DNA of 63,902 nt, counting the filler, from Olpidium bornovanus S191 (Eukaryota > Fungi > Olpidiomycota): the NCBI GenBank assembly GCA_017911155.1. It is 27 parts of 27 records of this genome, joined end to end, with 100 filler letters (N's around TTAATTAATTAA, not from the genome) between each part and the next. Parts side by side here need not be neighbours in the genome. Positions count along the whole stretch, not along the records: positions 46,874 to 50,738 come from JAEFCI010001910.1; positions 50,839 to 53,051 come from JAEFCI010010284.1; positions 53,152 to 54,476 come from JAEFCI010012748.1; positions 54,577 to 56,292 come from JAEFCI010005277.1; positions 56,393 to 58,512 come from JAEFCI010000223.1; positions 58,613 to 61,286 come from JAEFCI010003565.1; positions 61,387 to 62,635 come from JAEFCI010000757.1; 20 more parts are not named here. One strand, 5' to 3'. The notes beneath the pieces are model-generated. The model did no database searches, had not been told where the DNA came from, and saw nothing but the letters and a program-made list of their open reading frames with translations. Below, piece by piece: positions 49,280 to 61,544 of this stretch. The position numbers and the translations under genes are program-made. Within the stretch, counting starts at the first letter, position 1. Each line of letters begins with the position of its first letter.

Positions 49280-51306
49280 CGTGGGCTTGAAATTTGTAGT
49301 AAAGATACGGCCAGAGCTGTCAGCAACGGCTTGAGGGAGCGAGGCGCCCACGGGGAGGCTGTGACTGCAACGCCGACTGGCGGTGGAGAGCCGGGTCAGC
49401 GCCCAGCAGGGTCGGCGAAGCGACTGCAGGTAGCAAGAGACGTCGTCCCCTTCCGGCAGCAGCGGGCAGGCACCCAACAGCGACGGCGACGGCGACGGCG
49501 GCGGCGGCGTCAACGAGGAAAACCAGGTTGCCGCGCGCAGCAGCGGCGCGCAGAGGCCAACACGGAAGCGAAGCGGCGCAAGCCGATGAGATGCGGAAAC
49601 TGAACACGGTTTTCGGAGAGGTCGCAGTGCCTGCATCAAGTTGAGGGGGAGGCCGCGCGGGGGCTCGTTTTTTTATTTTCCGGGTTTTCCGTCCGGCTTT
49701 CCGCACTACTCCGGCGCCCGCGGAACGAGAAAAAAAAAAAAAGAAAAATATTTTGGTTCAAAAAATCCCGCCGCCGCCAGTCCCAGCTGGGAAGCGGGCG
49801 GGGAAAATCTTGTTCTCCCAGTGCTGGAAACGAGAAGAAGAAGGGCGAGGGCGCAGCATCGCGCGGAAAGAGCCCCTTCTTTCCTCGGCGCCGCACTCTC
49901 CAGAACAACTAGTGCGGTTTCGCTCTCTTCTCTTCCGTTTGCTGTTCTGGCCGCGGGAGAGCGGAGCCGCGCAGTCCGGCTCCTCCCCCCAGAAGTAGCA
50001 TTTTAATGATCACGCGTCCCGAAGAGCACTTCAGGTTCACAACACTCCTCCTCGCTCAAAAGGGAGCGTCCGTGATTCTTCCCTGCACCAGGGAATCATC
50101 CCTTTGGTGCTCATACCCCTCGTGCGTTGGAAAGGAGAGTTTAGCTCCATACACGGCAATGGTGAAAATGCCAGAAGACGACAGATAGTCGACAGCGTCA
50201 CGTGATCGTAGAGCACGCCTCCTCTTCTTCAAAGCCTTTCCCCTTCCCTTCTACTTCGACTCCGAACTCTTAGTACAAAAACTCCTTCGACGCAGAGGTT
50301 TTCGAAAAAAAACTGAGTGCATCAAGAAAACCCAAAGCCGGAGCTGCCCGCAGGCGACACATCAAGCACTCAGCTGATGCCAGAGTAGCACTCAGAAAGG
50401 TGCACCTCCCCCAACCCCAACCCGAACCCGAATATAAAGCGCAACTCCGCGCGCGAACTTGACCTTCAACCTGTCCACAGTACAAGGTGCCTTCAATAGT
50501 ACTTATATAGTTGTATGGCGTTGACGAGAATGATCAACCACATATCGCTCAATATCGTGCGGGACTACCCAGTGCAATTCAGAATTTGCAATTTTCCCAA
50601 TGACCAAAAAGCACAGAACATGGGCATATTGCGCATATTACAAAGGCCTCAGAGCCAAGCAAAAACCAAACGTCGTATTCTAAGGCGCGTGACGGTACCT
50701 GGGTTCCCTTCTCAAAGATCTCCTGCAAGAACTGTGGCNNNNNNNNNNNNNNNNNNNNNNNNNNNNNNNNNNNNNNNNNNNNTTAATTAATTAANNNNNN
50801 NNNNNNNNNNNNNNNNNNNNNNNNNNNNNNNNNNNNNNAGGGGGGGGGGGGCCGCCCCCCCCCCCCCCCCCCCCACCTTTAGCCCGACCGCGCGAAAAAG
50901 CGATTTTGCGCGGGAACGTCCCTCCGGCTTCCGCGACGTCACCCTTCCTCCCCTCCACCCCCCCCACCCCGCTTCACCCGTTGATCGCGGGCTGGAGTCT
51001 CCGTCGCAGTCGAATTGAGGAGCGCCGCGCGTGTGCGTTGCTGTTTACCGCCACGTCTTGTTCCGCCGGGGGTATGTGTGTGTGTGTGTGGGGGGGGGCC
51101 AACTGCAGCCGCAAGAGCGGAAAGGAAATACAAACACACCGACGATCTCGAGATCAGCGGCGCTTTCCGGAACAGCTTCGGATGTACGTAAACGGGAAAG
51201 GAGGGAAGCGCATTCGTTTCTGGTGGGGGAGGTTTTGATCGTTTGACGCTTTCGTCCGCGCGTTCGGGCATTTGTGTGACGCAACCGTCGCCCCCTTTTT
51301 CCGTTC

Positions 51307-52215
51307 AGCCGTAATCAATGGCGCGAGCACTCCGATGGTTTTCAACATCACGAACTCCGGTAGCGAGAAGTACACCCTGACCCACATGGGCGGAGCGTTC
51401 GTCACGCCGTCCAACTCGTCGCATGTGACCCGGCAGGTGGGTCTCTCTCTCTCTCTCTCTCTCTTGTTGCTTTTGAAGGCCGGAAAATTGAAACGCAGTT
51501 TTTTTCCGCGGCGGCTGGTTATCTCCAAAAAAAAAAAAAAAAAAAACGAAATTGAAGCTCAAGCCCTTCATGTACGATGTCTCCGTGGCGCCGTCGGCGA
51601 CAGTGACCGTGCCGTACCACCTGCACCCTGTGTTCGAGAGCGAGGAGAAGTTTGAGATGGGCCTTATCCTCGTCCTCTACTTCACCGATGCCTCCAAGAA
51701 TTTTTATCAGTCCGTCGCGTACGATGGGATCATAACTATTCACGAGCCCGAGCTCAACATCTTCGACCCTCAAGTGTACGTTCCCGGTGAATCTGCGGGC
51801 CGGTGAGCCCGCGCGGCCCTCCGCCCGTTACGCGAAGCCTTATTTTAGAGGTTTCTTTGTGCCGTTGTTTTTTTTTTTTTTTTTTTTTTTGTTTGTGCGC
51901 GCGCGCGCGTGCAGGCTGTCGATCTACGCGTTCTGCCTGGCGATGGTCGGCGGCATCATCTACTGGGTCAAGGAGTCCTACTTTGCCCCCGTTGCCGGCA
52001 AGAAAACAAAGGCAGGTTTGCTGGGTTCACCTGCGCGAGAACGCGCGCCGGTCGGGAAGTAACCTCTGCCGATGCGCTACAACATTCAGGTCCCCCGGCT
52101 TTCTCGAACGGAAGTCGAGGCGAGCACCGCGGAGATGAAGCTCGATCACGATTGGATCCCGGAGCATCACCTCAAGCCAAAAATGCCGTCTTCCACCAAG
52201 AGGCGTAAGGCTTAA
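51307..52215 (+). CDS. Translocon-associated protein alpha (SSR1/Irc22 family); 5' exons unresolved
   Basis: VINGASTPMVFNITN, GGAF, VAYDGIITIHEPELNIFDPQ, a hydrophobic transmembrane segment, and C-terminal DHDWIPEHHL followed by a basic tail. Confidence 0.82.
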
Positions 52216-52906
52216 TAGAAAACGCACCATGTATATTCTTTTGATCGTGTTGGGTTGGTCCTGGAAAAAAAAAAAAAAAAAAAAAAACAACCTAGTCTAA
52301 CAGGTGGACTGCGGGAGAGAGATGGCACGGCGAGGGTTTTTGTACATCTTTCATGTATATTCTATGAGTTTAGTATCGCCGCTGCAGTGCAGGAGCGTCT
52401 TCTGGCGATCAAAGCAAACAGGGATCGTCGACTGACTTGTGGTAGAGCTGAGAGTGAATCGTTAAAATTCACAAGGCCAGGGACAGGGAGGAATAGCGAA
52501 CATGGGATATTTTGCACTTCATAAGGGCAGGAGGTCCCATACTCTCCTCCTCCCTGCGGGCAGGAGAGGTCGGTTCATATCGCGCCATTTGTTCATGTTC
52601 ATCTTCTGCGGGCGCAACGCTCGTCTCCGTACAGGCGACGAATCTAACGGTTCACCTCCAAATTCGCTCTTGAAAGGCATGATTTTTGAATGGAATAATC
52701 CGTTAACGAACGTAGCGCGAAAAACGCCCAGCACAAATGAGATTATGGTTTCGACACCTGCGGAAGCGAAGGAAAGCAGAGGGGATGCAAAGAGAAGAGA
52801 AGGGTGGTGGGAGAATGGGGGGGGGGGAGGAGACGGGAAGGGGAGGCGGAGGCGAGGGGAATGGGAATAACCGTCTCGCGACGGAATCTTCGTCAACTTT
52901 GGCTTT

Positions 52907-52947
<41 letters not shown>

Positions 52948-53151
52948 GGGGGGAAGGAAAAAAAAAAAAAAGAAAAAACATGAAGTCGCCCGCGAAGGGA
53001 CTTCCTCCACTCGAGATGCCCAAAAGGGAGAAGCGCAGCGCGGTTTGCAGGNNNNNNNNNNNNNNNNNNNNNNNNNNNNNNNNNNNNNNNNNNNNTTAAT
53101 TAATTAANNNNNNNNNNNNNNNNNNNNNNNNNNNNNNNNNNNNNNNNNNNN

Positions 53152-54476
53152 AATTTCTCCAACTTCTGCTACGGTTAACGGGAACCCCTTACGCCTAATG
53201 ACCAGCAAAGCGTACCTCTGCAAGCCTTCGAATTTAAGATGTCGATGATGCCCCGCGGACAATCGGCCATGCTCGGCTCCGCGCACCGCCCAAACACATC
53301 GTGGGCGGCTGTCCGGGCTGTCCACTCTTCAAGCCACTCGAGGTGGCGCTTGACGAGGTTCCCGGTGAGCCGTGGATCGGCAGCGCACCTGTCCGCCACG
53401 ATTCTCGGCACGTGCGTGACTCCGACCTGGTCGATGTCACCGGCCCCATCGAAAAAAGGTGAATCCTGTTCCACGCGGGAAAACTCGAAGGCAAGCCCCC
53501 ATTTGCCGAAACGCCGTCGGTTTCTTTCCAAGGCGTCGCATTCCCGACGAGTCAGCCGGATAATAATGGGCTCGGCGAACGCGAATGGCTCTACAACGCT
53601 TGCGGCAAGCGGGTCTTCAGAAGCGACATGAGGCCGCGGAGACGACATCAGAGCCTCCAGATACGCCTCAAGCCGGACCCGCTCGTCCGCGGCGTGCTGG
53701 TCGACCAGGATGAGCAGGTCGGCCGCATCCACCGCCTCGTGATTACCGCTTCGGTCTGGAATGAGGCGGAGGGCGATGAATTTGCAGTCCACCTTTACAA
53801 AAAGGAAAACTCCAAGATTTAATGCTGGCACCGCCGTACCCAAACAGGCAGAAACAGGGTGACCTCGCACCTGACCAATCACTTCCGCAATTGACAGCGA
53901 TCTTTTCGATATACGCGTGCGCAGCCCCCCAAAAGCACCGTCCTCTGCGACTTCCCTGAGTGGCAAGAAGGGACTCGGCACGAAGTGCGACTTGCAACCG
54001 GAGGCCGCCCGCGAAAACGGGCCAACCTCACGGATGGCAATCTCTGGGTTCTTGAACACCGGATTTTTCCATTTCTGCTGACGCGGAAAAAAACTGTAGA
54101 ATCAGTAACCCTGCCAACAGTAACTACCGCCATCAAAAGCCGTGCGCGGATCTGCACCTTAAAAACACCGCTAGACAACAGCCTGCACGCAGATCCATAG
54201 CCTCCGATTGAATCCGTTTGGAGCCCTATCCGACGGCGTTTACTGGCAGTGCCGTCAACCGATGTCCTCCAGGGACCAGGGCCGGCCCTCCGCCTTCCGG
54301 GCAGTTCTGCGTAACTATCTCGTCACCGTGCACGTCAATCGCCAAAATAAGTCAAGCATGGCTTCCGCTAAAATTAATTCAAAACTATTTAACCTACGAG
54401 TTCCCCGTCCGAAGGTCTATGAAAAACACCCGCTTCGTTTGCGGGTCTGTCCAGCGTGCGTACTTATTCCTGTCCA
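53152..54476 (-). CDS. MLH3: MutL homolog Mlh3, C-terminal endonuclease region, partial at both ends
   Basis: WTDPQTKRVFFIDLRTGNS, WKNPVF, VIGQ-(intron)-VDCKFIA, DQHAADERVRLE (53667-53702), CPRGIIDILNSKACR. Confidence 0.92.
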
Positions 54477-55526
54477 NNNNNNNNNNNNNNNNNNNNNNNN
54501 NNNNNNNNNNNNNNNNNNNNTTAATTAATTAANNNNNNNNNNNNNNNNNNNNNNNNNNNNNNNNNNNNNNNNNNNNCATGGCTCGTTCTCATTCTGCTTG
54601 GACTCAACCTCTCTCTTATTATTTTTGTTTTTTGTTTTGAATTTACACTATTCTCAGCCAGACATTTCTCTGCGTGACTCAGCTGTAAGGAAATTTATTC
54701 CGCGATACCAAAACCTTGGCGTTTCGAAAAAGCACTGAGTTTGGCACACACGCGCTGGCAAAGAGAAAACAAAAAGAACGAGAGGTAAAGGGCTGTCACC
54801 AACAGTAACACGGTCAATCTTAATCGTGTAAGCGAGAGTTATCAGCACACAGGGTCAAAAAAATTGGTTCTACTTGCGATCGTGGGTGTCCCGCCTCACC
54901 CGGCAGAGTTGTCACGTTTCCGACGAGACCGCAAGTACCAATGTGCATGGTTTGCCCTGGTGTGGTGGGAACGGCGCTCGCACGCATGAGCCGTCCCGCA
55001 CGAAGCGTGCAAGAATAACTTCAAACCAGGAAAGGATACGACCAGCCGGATGATGAACGCCGAAGGGAGACAAATCCCAATGAGAAAAATTTAAACTTAG
55101 ATTAGCAAGATGACAGCGGAGGTTGTATCGTGAGAGCGACTTCGGTGATCACCGAGGGACAGAGAAGGAGGGGAGCCGGGGGAGGGGGGGGGGGGGACGG
55201 GAAGGGTTTGGGAAAAGTCCGCTGTCCATGCGAGATGCGGGACAGTGGTTACAATGAAATTTGCCTGAATTCCGCGGGCTTCTTTCTCCCTTGACCTCTC
55301 CCCTTCTTGGACCTTTGTTGTTTTTCAGTTCTTTACTGTCGGGTTCAACCGTTCTTCTTTGGTTGTTGCTTCGGCGAAACTGTAATGGCCTTCCCTCGGA
55401 CACTTGTGGGAAGCACCTTATCGGGAACCCTGGGAGGGGGGAGGGGGTTGTGGGGGAAACGGCGAGTTGTGCGCACAGCGCATTGCACTTGATTGGTTCA
55501 CAAGAAAATCCGCGTCCGTCGCAGCT

Positions 55527-56292
55527 TTAGGCGGGGCATTCGCGGCGGTCGCGGGAGGGCGAAACGGACGCCAATGACTGTGAGTCATTGCGGTTGTACA
55601 CGGAAGTAGAGAGGGAACTTTTGTCGGGACGAGAACGCGCCCGACCGTCAGCGACAGAGGGCGATAAAGCGCGGAGTGCAGGCCGCCCATAAAGGTCCTT
55701 CTCGTGATGCTCTTCGCCGTGGCGGCCACTGACAAAGACCTTGTCGCTGCGCAAAGAGCTGGCCTGAAAGTGGGTTGTCTTGACGAAGCGGTCCGCCAAA
55801 GTGGCAGCGCCGTCCTTTTGGCGGGAGGAGTACGGAATGCGGCGGTCGTCCGCAAAACGATTATGCCGACCGTATTCGAGCTCCGAGCGGAACTTTGCCC
55901 GGGAGTGAATACCGGCCGTAGCGGACAAAGAGAACGAGATCCTGCGTAAATCGAGCCTGTGGTCGTTTTCTTCCTTGATTCGCCATCTGCCGGCACTCTT
56001 AAATTCCTGCTTTTCCCAACCGCGTGAGTGGCGGTTATGGTCCGGGCGGTGCTTAAAGGGACAGTTGGAGCGACGGCACGGGTCGAACTTGCACTCCACC
56101 GCGAACGCGGGTGTGCGCGGCCCATTGGGCTTCACCATCGTATCGCGCGTTCCATGATCCCGGTCGGCCTTCATGCTGGCGTTCGCGGACCCGCGGACAG
56201 ATTCGCCTCTCGATAAAGACCCGTCAAATATCCCGTCCTGCCCGTCGAAATGGAACCTCGGCCGGTCGTCGCATTCGCGGCCGGCCGACAGG
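55527..56292 (-). CDS. Hypothetical protein fragment with one CCCH finger (C-x4-C-x4-C-x3-H, Nab2-like spacing)
   Basis: ECKFDPCRRSNCPFKH in a frame open from the contig edge to 55527; the flanks are unrecognised. Confidence 0.35.
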
Positions 56293-56392
56293 NNNNNNNN
56301 NNNNNNNNNNNNNNNNNNNNNNNNNNNNNNNNNNNNTTAATTAATTAANNNNNNNNNNNNNNNNNNNNNNNNNNNNNNNNNNNNNNNNNNNN

Positions 56393-58204
56393 CATGACGA
56401 CCATCTACCGTCGATTCACCGAGAAAGAAGCTCGGCAATGGCGCCAGGTTTACAAAGCACTGACGCTGCTCGAGTATCTTGTGAAAAATGGATCTGAGCG
56501 GGTCGTAGACGACGCGAGAAGCCATCTGTCGACGATAAAGTATTTGAAAGTTTTTGCGTATATCGACGAGAAAGGCAAGGACCAAGGTATCAACGTGCGC
56601 AACCGGGCGAAAGAACTGGTGGACTTGCTGAACGACACGGAACGCATAAAGGAGGAGCGGAAGAAGGCCAGGGCTAACCGCAACAAGTACACCGGCGTCG
56701 GCTCGGACATGGGGGGCGCAAACGGGGGATATGGAGGGTCGCGCTATAGCGGCTTTGGCAGCAACGCCTACGGCGGCGGTGGAGGTGGTTACCAGGACTA
56801 CGAGAGCGGTGGAGCAGGGGGGTACTCGGGCTCGCGAGACACAAACCACCGATACGACGATTATCCGGGCAGGGCAGCCGCTGCGTCGGCCTCCACTTCT
56901 TCCGCGCCACCGCCCTCTGCTCCTTCCGCTGCCCTTCCTAAGATTGAGGCAGCAAAGCCACCCGAGAAGGATCTTTTTGAGTTCGACGCAAATCCCCCCC
57001 AGGCTGCCGGCAGGGGTGGAGCGGAAGAGTGGGGAAACTTTTCTTCGGCAGGTAAGACTCGCTCCGGAGTGACAATTGCGTTCTAAATTTTTCGATCTCA
57101 TTTATTTATTTGATATCGGTTTGCCCGTAGAAGCCCCTGCACAGGGCGGAGACGATGAATTTGGGGACTTCGCCTCAGTCACTTCCTCACAGCCCGCTGC
57201 GGCCGGTTTTGGCGGCCAACCCCAGTTTGCTTCCGCCCCCCAGAGCCAGGCCGGCGGGTTTGGGAATTTTGCTGGTTTTATGGCGGCGCCTCCGGCACAG
57301 ATGGCGGCGCCGCAGCAGGGCGTCTTTGGTTTCCCGCCGAAGCCTGCAGCAGGTTTTCCCCAACAGCCGATGCAAAACGCAGGCGTCTGGGGCACTGCCG
57401 CCGGGGGATTTGGGATGGCCCCGCAGCTTTCGGCGGGAAGCGCTGTCCCTGGTGTAAACAATCAGAATGTCGGTACGCCTGTCCAGCAGAACGCGACATC
57501 GGGTTTTTCAACCGCGGCCGCCGCGGGCAAGAGCGACATCTGGAGCAAGAATTTGAACCTTGTAAGCCTGGACAGCCTCGGGCAGACGGTGTCGGACAAG
57601 AAGGAGGTACGTACCGCCTGTTTTTCTATTTAGGCTTAGTGTTCTAAGCTCTTTGGGACGTATTCCCAAGAGTACCTCAAATGCGTACCATGCTGACAAA
57701 AACATGATCTCCGTCCCTTTTACGAAGACCGGTCCATCACTTAACGCCCTGTCAACCCCCCAGCAGGGAGCTTTCGGTGGCACGATGGGTCAAATGGGAG
57801 GTGGCATGATGGCTGGCAAGGGTGCGCCGGGAATTCAAATGTCCGTTGCCGCGAACACGGGCGCGAGCGGCATGAATTTCCAGCAGCGGCCCATGGGCGC
57901 CGTGGGGCCCATGGGGAATATGGCGGGCGGAATGGGCGGTGGTTCGGCCGGCGGCATGGGAGGCGGAATGGGAGGCGGAATGGGAGCCGGTATGGGAGCT
58001 GGTATGGGAGCCGGTATGGGGGCCGGCGCGGGAGGCGGCGCGGGAGGCGGCGTGGGAGGCGGCGCGGGAGGCTGCGCGGGAGGCGGCGCGGGAGGCGGCA
58101 TGGGAGGCGGCATGGGAGGCGGCATGGGAGGCGGCATGGGCGGTGCGAACGCCGGTCAGTGGGGAGCGAGCCAGCAAGCTAGTCAGCAGATAAATTTCTT
58201 TTAA
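56393..58204 (+). CDS. ENT3: Ent3/epsinR-type ENTH-domain clathrin adaptor, 5'-partial, 3 exons
   Basis: WRQVYKALTLLEYLVKNGSERV, YIDEKGKDQGINVRNRAKEL, EERKKARANRNKY; acidic-Phe motifs DLFEFD, EEWGNF, DEFGDF; Gly/Met-rich tail. Confidence 0.9.
57950..58145 (+). repeat. Coding 12-nt tandem repeat (GGAGGCGGC(A/G)(T/C)G family) encoding GGGM/GAGM/GGGA
   Basis: More than a dozen 12-nt units in the last ENT3 exon. Confidence 0.85.
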
Positions 58205-58612
58205 ATTATCGCTTTCCGTCTTTTTTTTTTTGTTCTCCCGATCGCATTTTCCCCCTCCGGTGCTTCCTTTCCCCCTGCTTTTCCCGGCCGACTGCGTCGC
58301 TATCGCCGCCTTTCTTTATTATGTTTTCTACGATAGGGCGTTTTTTTTATCCTCGTAAGTACGCTTCCCGCCCTTCGAAAAGGTTTTGGACCCCCGAATT
58401 GCCGACGACGTATGCCGTCGTACGCGCTCGAAAGTTGGATATACCGTGTTGGCGCGTCGGGGCCACGCTGGCGAGATTCCCCCTCCTCCTTGAACGTCCA
58501 GTTCTCCGCATGNNNNNNNNNNNNNNNNNNNNNNNNNNNNNNNNNNNNNNNNNNNNTTAATTAATTAANNNNNNNNNNNNNNNNNNNNNNNNNNNNNNNN
58601 NNNNNNNNNNNN

Positions 58613-60634
58613 CATTATCCTCAGCAGCACGTTCCGCTGCGGCGCATATATGATCAAAGTGCCGTTCGCGTCGTACGAGGCGCGGCCGGCGGGCTTCGCG
58701 TCCTTCCACAGCATCTCCTCAAGGAGCACCATGGTCTTGCGAATGTGAGCCGGCCTGCCGTCTATGAGCGCATCGATGGTGGACGCGCCGCGAGGGCCGT
58801 ACCCGGCCTGCGTCTCGTTGTACACGCGGAACTTGCACCCGTAAGGTTTCAGTTGCAGGTTCGCCGCCTTGATCACGTCCCCCGGCGCCGGCCACAGGTT
58901 GAGCCGCACCAGGAACCTCTGGTTCGAGAACGGCCTAGCCGGATGCGACATCCCCGTTGCCTTGGCAATGTTGATCTCCTCTTGGCTCGGCGCCGGGTTC
59001 GCTTTGTCGAGCAAGTGGCGCATCAGGGTCAGCATGTCGTCTTTTTTCGATTGGCGGACGATGTACGTCAGCGAAACGGGCAACCCGACGGGCCTCTCCT
59101 TTGTTTCCAAAGCCGGGTGCGAGTTCGCCGGCTTTTGGGGCGACGTGTGCTTTCGAAGATCCGACAACAGCGATGCGACCGCTTCCTTCCCGGAAGGTTT
59201 GCTGGGACTATTCTGTGCTGCAAAACCGGAACGGACCGTTTAGCAGGCAGGACGGTGAAGCGTGCGTTTTTCGGCTCGCCTGCCAAACTCAGGAACGGGC
59301 TTACCCTTCTGGGCGTATGCGGGTAGGCGAGGGGCGAGCGCGAGGTTCGCGACGGCCTCCAGCGAAATCGTCTCGTGAAAGAAGGGGGCGCACTTGAACG
59401 CGAGGTGCGGCACGGGATCATCCTTTGCGCCTTCCGTGAAACCGCGCGCGAGGCGCGAATTCACAGGCACTTTCTCAATGACCAGCGTGGATACGAACGC
59501 GTTGGTCTCGGGACATGTCCCCGAAGTCGAGGGTTTCCGCTGGTAAGGCAGGCGCGAAATCACGACGGAATTGGCGGCGTCCGTCGGAAGGTCGTTCCAG
59601 TAGGGCGGCGGCACGGGGACCTGCCACGGGCGCTGGTGCCGGCGGCCGGGCCCGGCCGCCTGTGGCGTTTCCCGCGGCTCTCGGGGTTGCGGTCTCAACG
59701 GCGTCGACAACCAAAAGAGCGGGCAGAAGTGTTGGTGGACGTCCGGCAGCCCCCGGAGCGGAAGCCGTTCCGGAGACGTCAGAGAATACTCTTCTTCGGC
59801 AGGATCAAAAGAAGGAGGAGGAGAACAAGTAGACGCCGAGGCGGAGGGTTCCGACGGTAGGGGAGGCGAATCCCCGGCGGAAGAAGTCGAGCCGAGGTGC
59901 CGGCGAGGGGCGGCTTGCCGTTGGGAGGATGACGCGAACGGCTCCGCCGGCCTTTGGCTCTGCTGCTGGTAGGTCCTCGCGGACGAGGGAAGGAGGCCGG
60001 CGGGTTCAGACGCCGCCGGAGGTTCCCGGCCGGAGTCGACTTCTTCGGGCAAGAGCGGCCAGTTGCACTCGCAGTCGGCGGGAGGGTAGAGGAGCTGCCT
60101 GCACCGGGGGTTGCCTACCAGAAGCTCCAGGTACGTGGCGGCGGCGCGGGCCAGGACGCCGAGGTTGGCGATCAGGGCGAAGCGGAGGAGGGCCTCTGCC
60201 GACGCCGGGTCGCAGAGCATGAAGAGGAAGTCCCTCTCCCGGCGCAGCATCTCGGCGACGAGGATCTCGACCTGGGCCTCGTCGGCGGCGCAGTAGAGCG
60301 GGGCCAGGATCTCCGCGGGCACGTCGTCGAGGCGGCCGGTGTACAGGAAGCGCGTGAGGGCGAAGGCGACCTCCCACGACCAGTTCGGCTTGTGGACGAC
60401 CCGGGTCTGGGCCTCGCGGAAGAACGAGTCCCGGTCGAGCATGCGGCCGAAGTAGGCGGAGGAGAGGTTGAGGATGTGCTCGTGGGCGTACAGCCTCCGC
60501 CTCCCCTCTCCGATGTGGAGGGTGACGTCGGAGGTGCCCGGCGAGTTGTGGAGTAACGAGAGGTCGCTGGTGGTCGGGAAGTCGTACTTTTCGGCGGCGG
60601 CCTTTGCTATGCTCCTCGCGAAGGTCGCGACCAT
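58613..60634 (-). CDS. BTB/POZ-domain protein with a Pro/Ser linker and unassigned C-terminal regions; one intron (about 59222-59306); 3'-partial
   Basis: SDVTLHIG..RLYAHEHILNLSSAYFGRML..FREAQ..LTRFLYTG. The donor AAG G/GTAAGC joins the acceptor TTTTGCAG/CA in phase to the 58613-59167 frame. Confidence 0.8.
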
Positions 60635-61544
60635 CACTCCCGAGCCGCGGTCGGGGCGGCGGCCACTTTCGACCCCCGCCTTGCGGCCGGCGGTCGGGTT
60701 TTGAGCACTGCCAGGTGCGGGCGGGGTGGCGCCAAGAGAGAGCGCCGGCGGCGGAGGAAGGGCGGCGGGCACGGAGGACAAGGTGAGAGCGACGGGCGGA
60801 GGGGACAAGGGAAAACACGGGTCAGGCGCGCGCGCGCGATTCCTGGTGCTGGTGGCGCCTGCAGCGCCCCGACGGCAGCTCGGCCTCGCGGGCGGAGTGG
60901 AGAAGAGGGTTGGTTTTGGGGCGTACGGCAGGACGCAACGGAAACGGGGGCGAGAGGGAGGGGGAAGAGCGGGAGAGGGAGGGGAAAAAAGGGGGGAGAG
61001 CGGGGAATAGGCGACGGAAGACGGCCACAGGCACCGGCCGAGGGGAAAGGGATGCGGCGGGAAGAAGAAGATGAAGAAAAAGAGGAAACGGGGGCGTGGG
61101 CGGGGGTGGTCGCTGTCCGCGGGCGTGCGTTCGCGGGTTAGCTGCTGGCGGGGGCAAGGAAGGGGAGGGGGGGGGAGTACAAGACACAATTCAGTTAACT
61201 CAAGATTATAATGGTTCAGTTTTATAGGCTATTGGTAAGCAACCTATATTGGTGACTCCAGGAGTTATCCTATAGTATACTCCAACNNNNNNNNNNNNNN
61301 NNNNNNNNNNNNNNNNNNNNNNNNNNNNNNTTAATTAATTAANNNNNNNNNNNNNNNNNNNNNNNNNNNNNNNNNNNNNNNNNNNNCCCCCCCCCCCCCT
61401 CCTTTCCCCCCTGGCGCTCCCCAGTCCCCACGCGAAATTTTGGGTTTTTGACGTAGATCAAACACCCACAAACACGTTGGAAAAACTCACACCCCCCGTC
61501 CGCCCCTCGCTTCTCGACGTCTCCCAATCTGCGTGCTCCCCACC

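Noticed and set aside
50270-50738. Possible coding fragments at the end of the ARC1 contig
   Set aside because: No consistent spliced frame or motif was found.
52519-52775. Possible terminal exon GVETIISFVLGVFRATFVNGLFHSKIM... on the minus strand
   Set aside because: It has a plausible acceptor but no recognisable family and no confirmable upstream exon.
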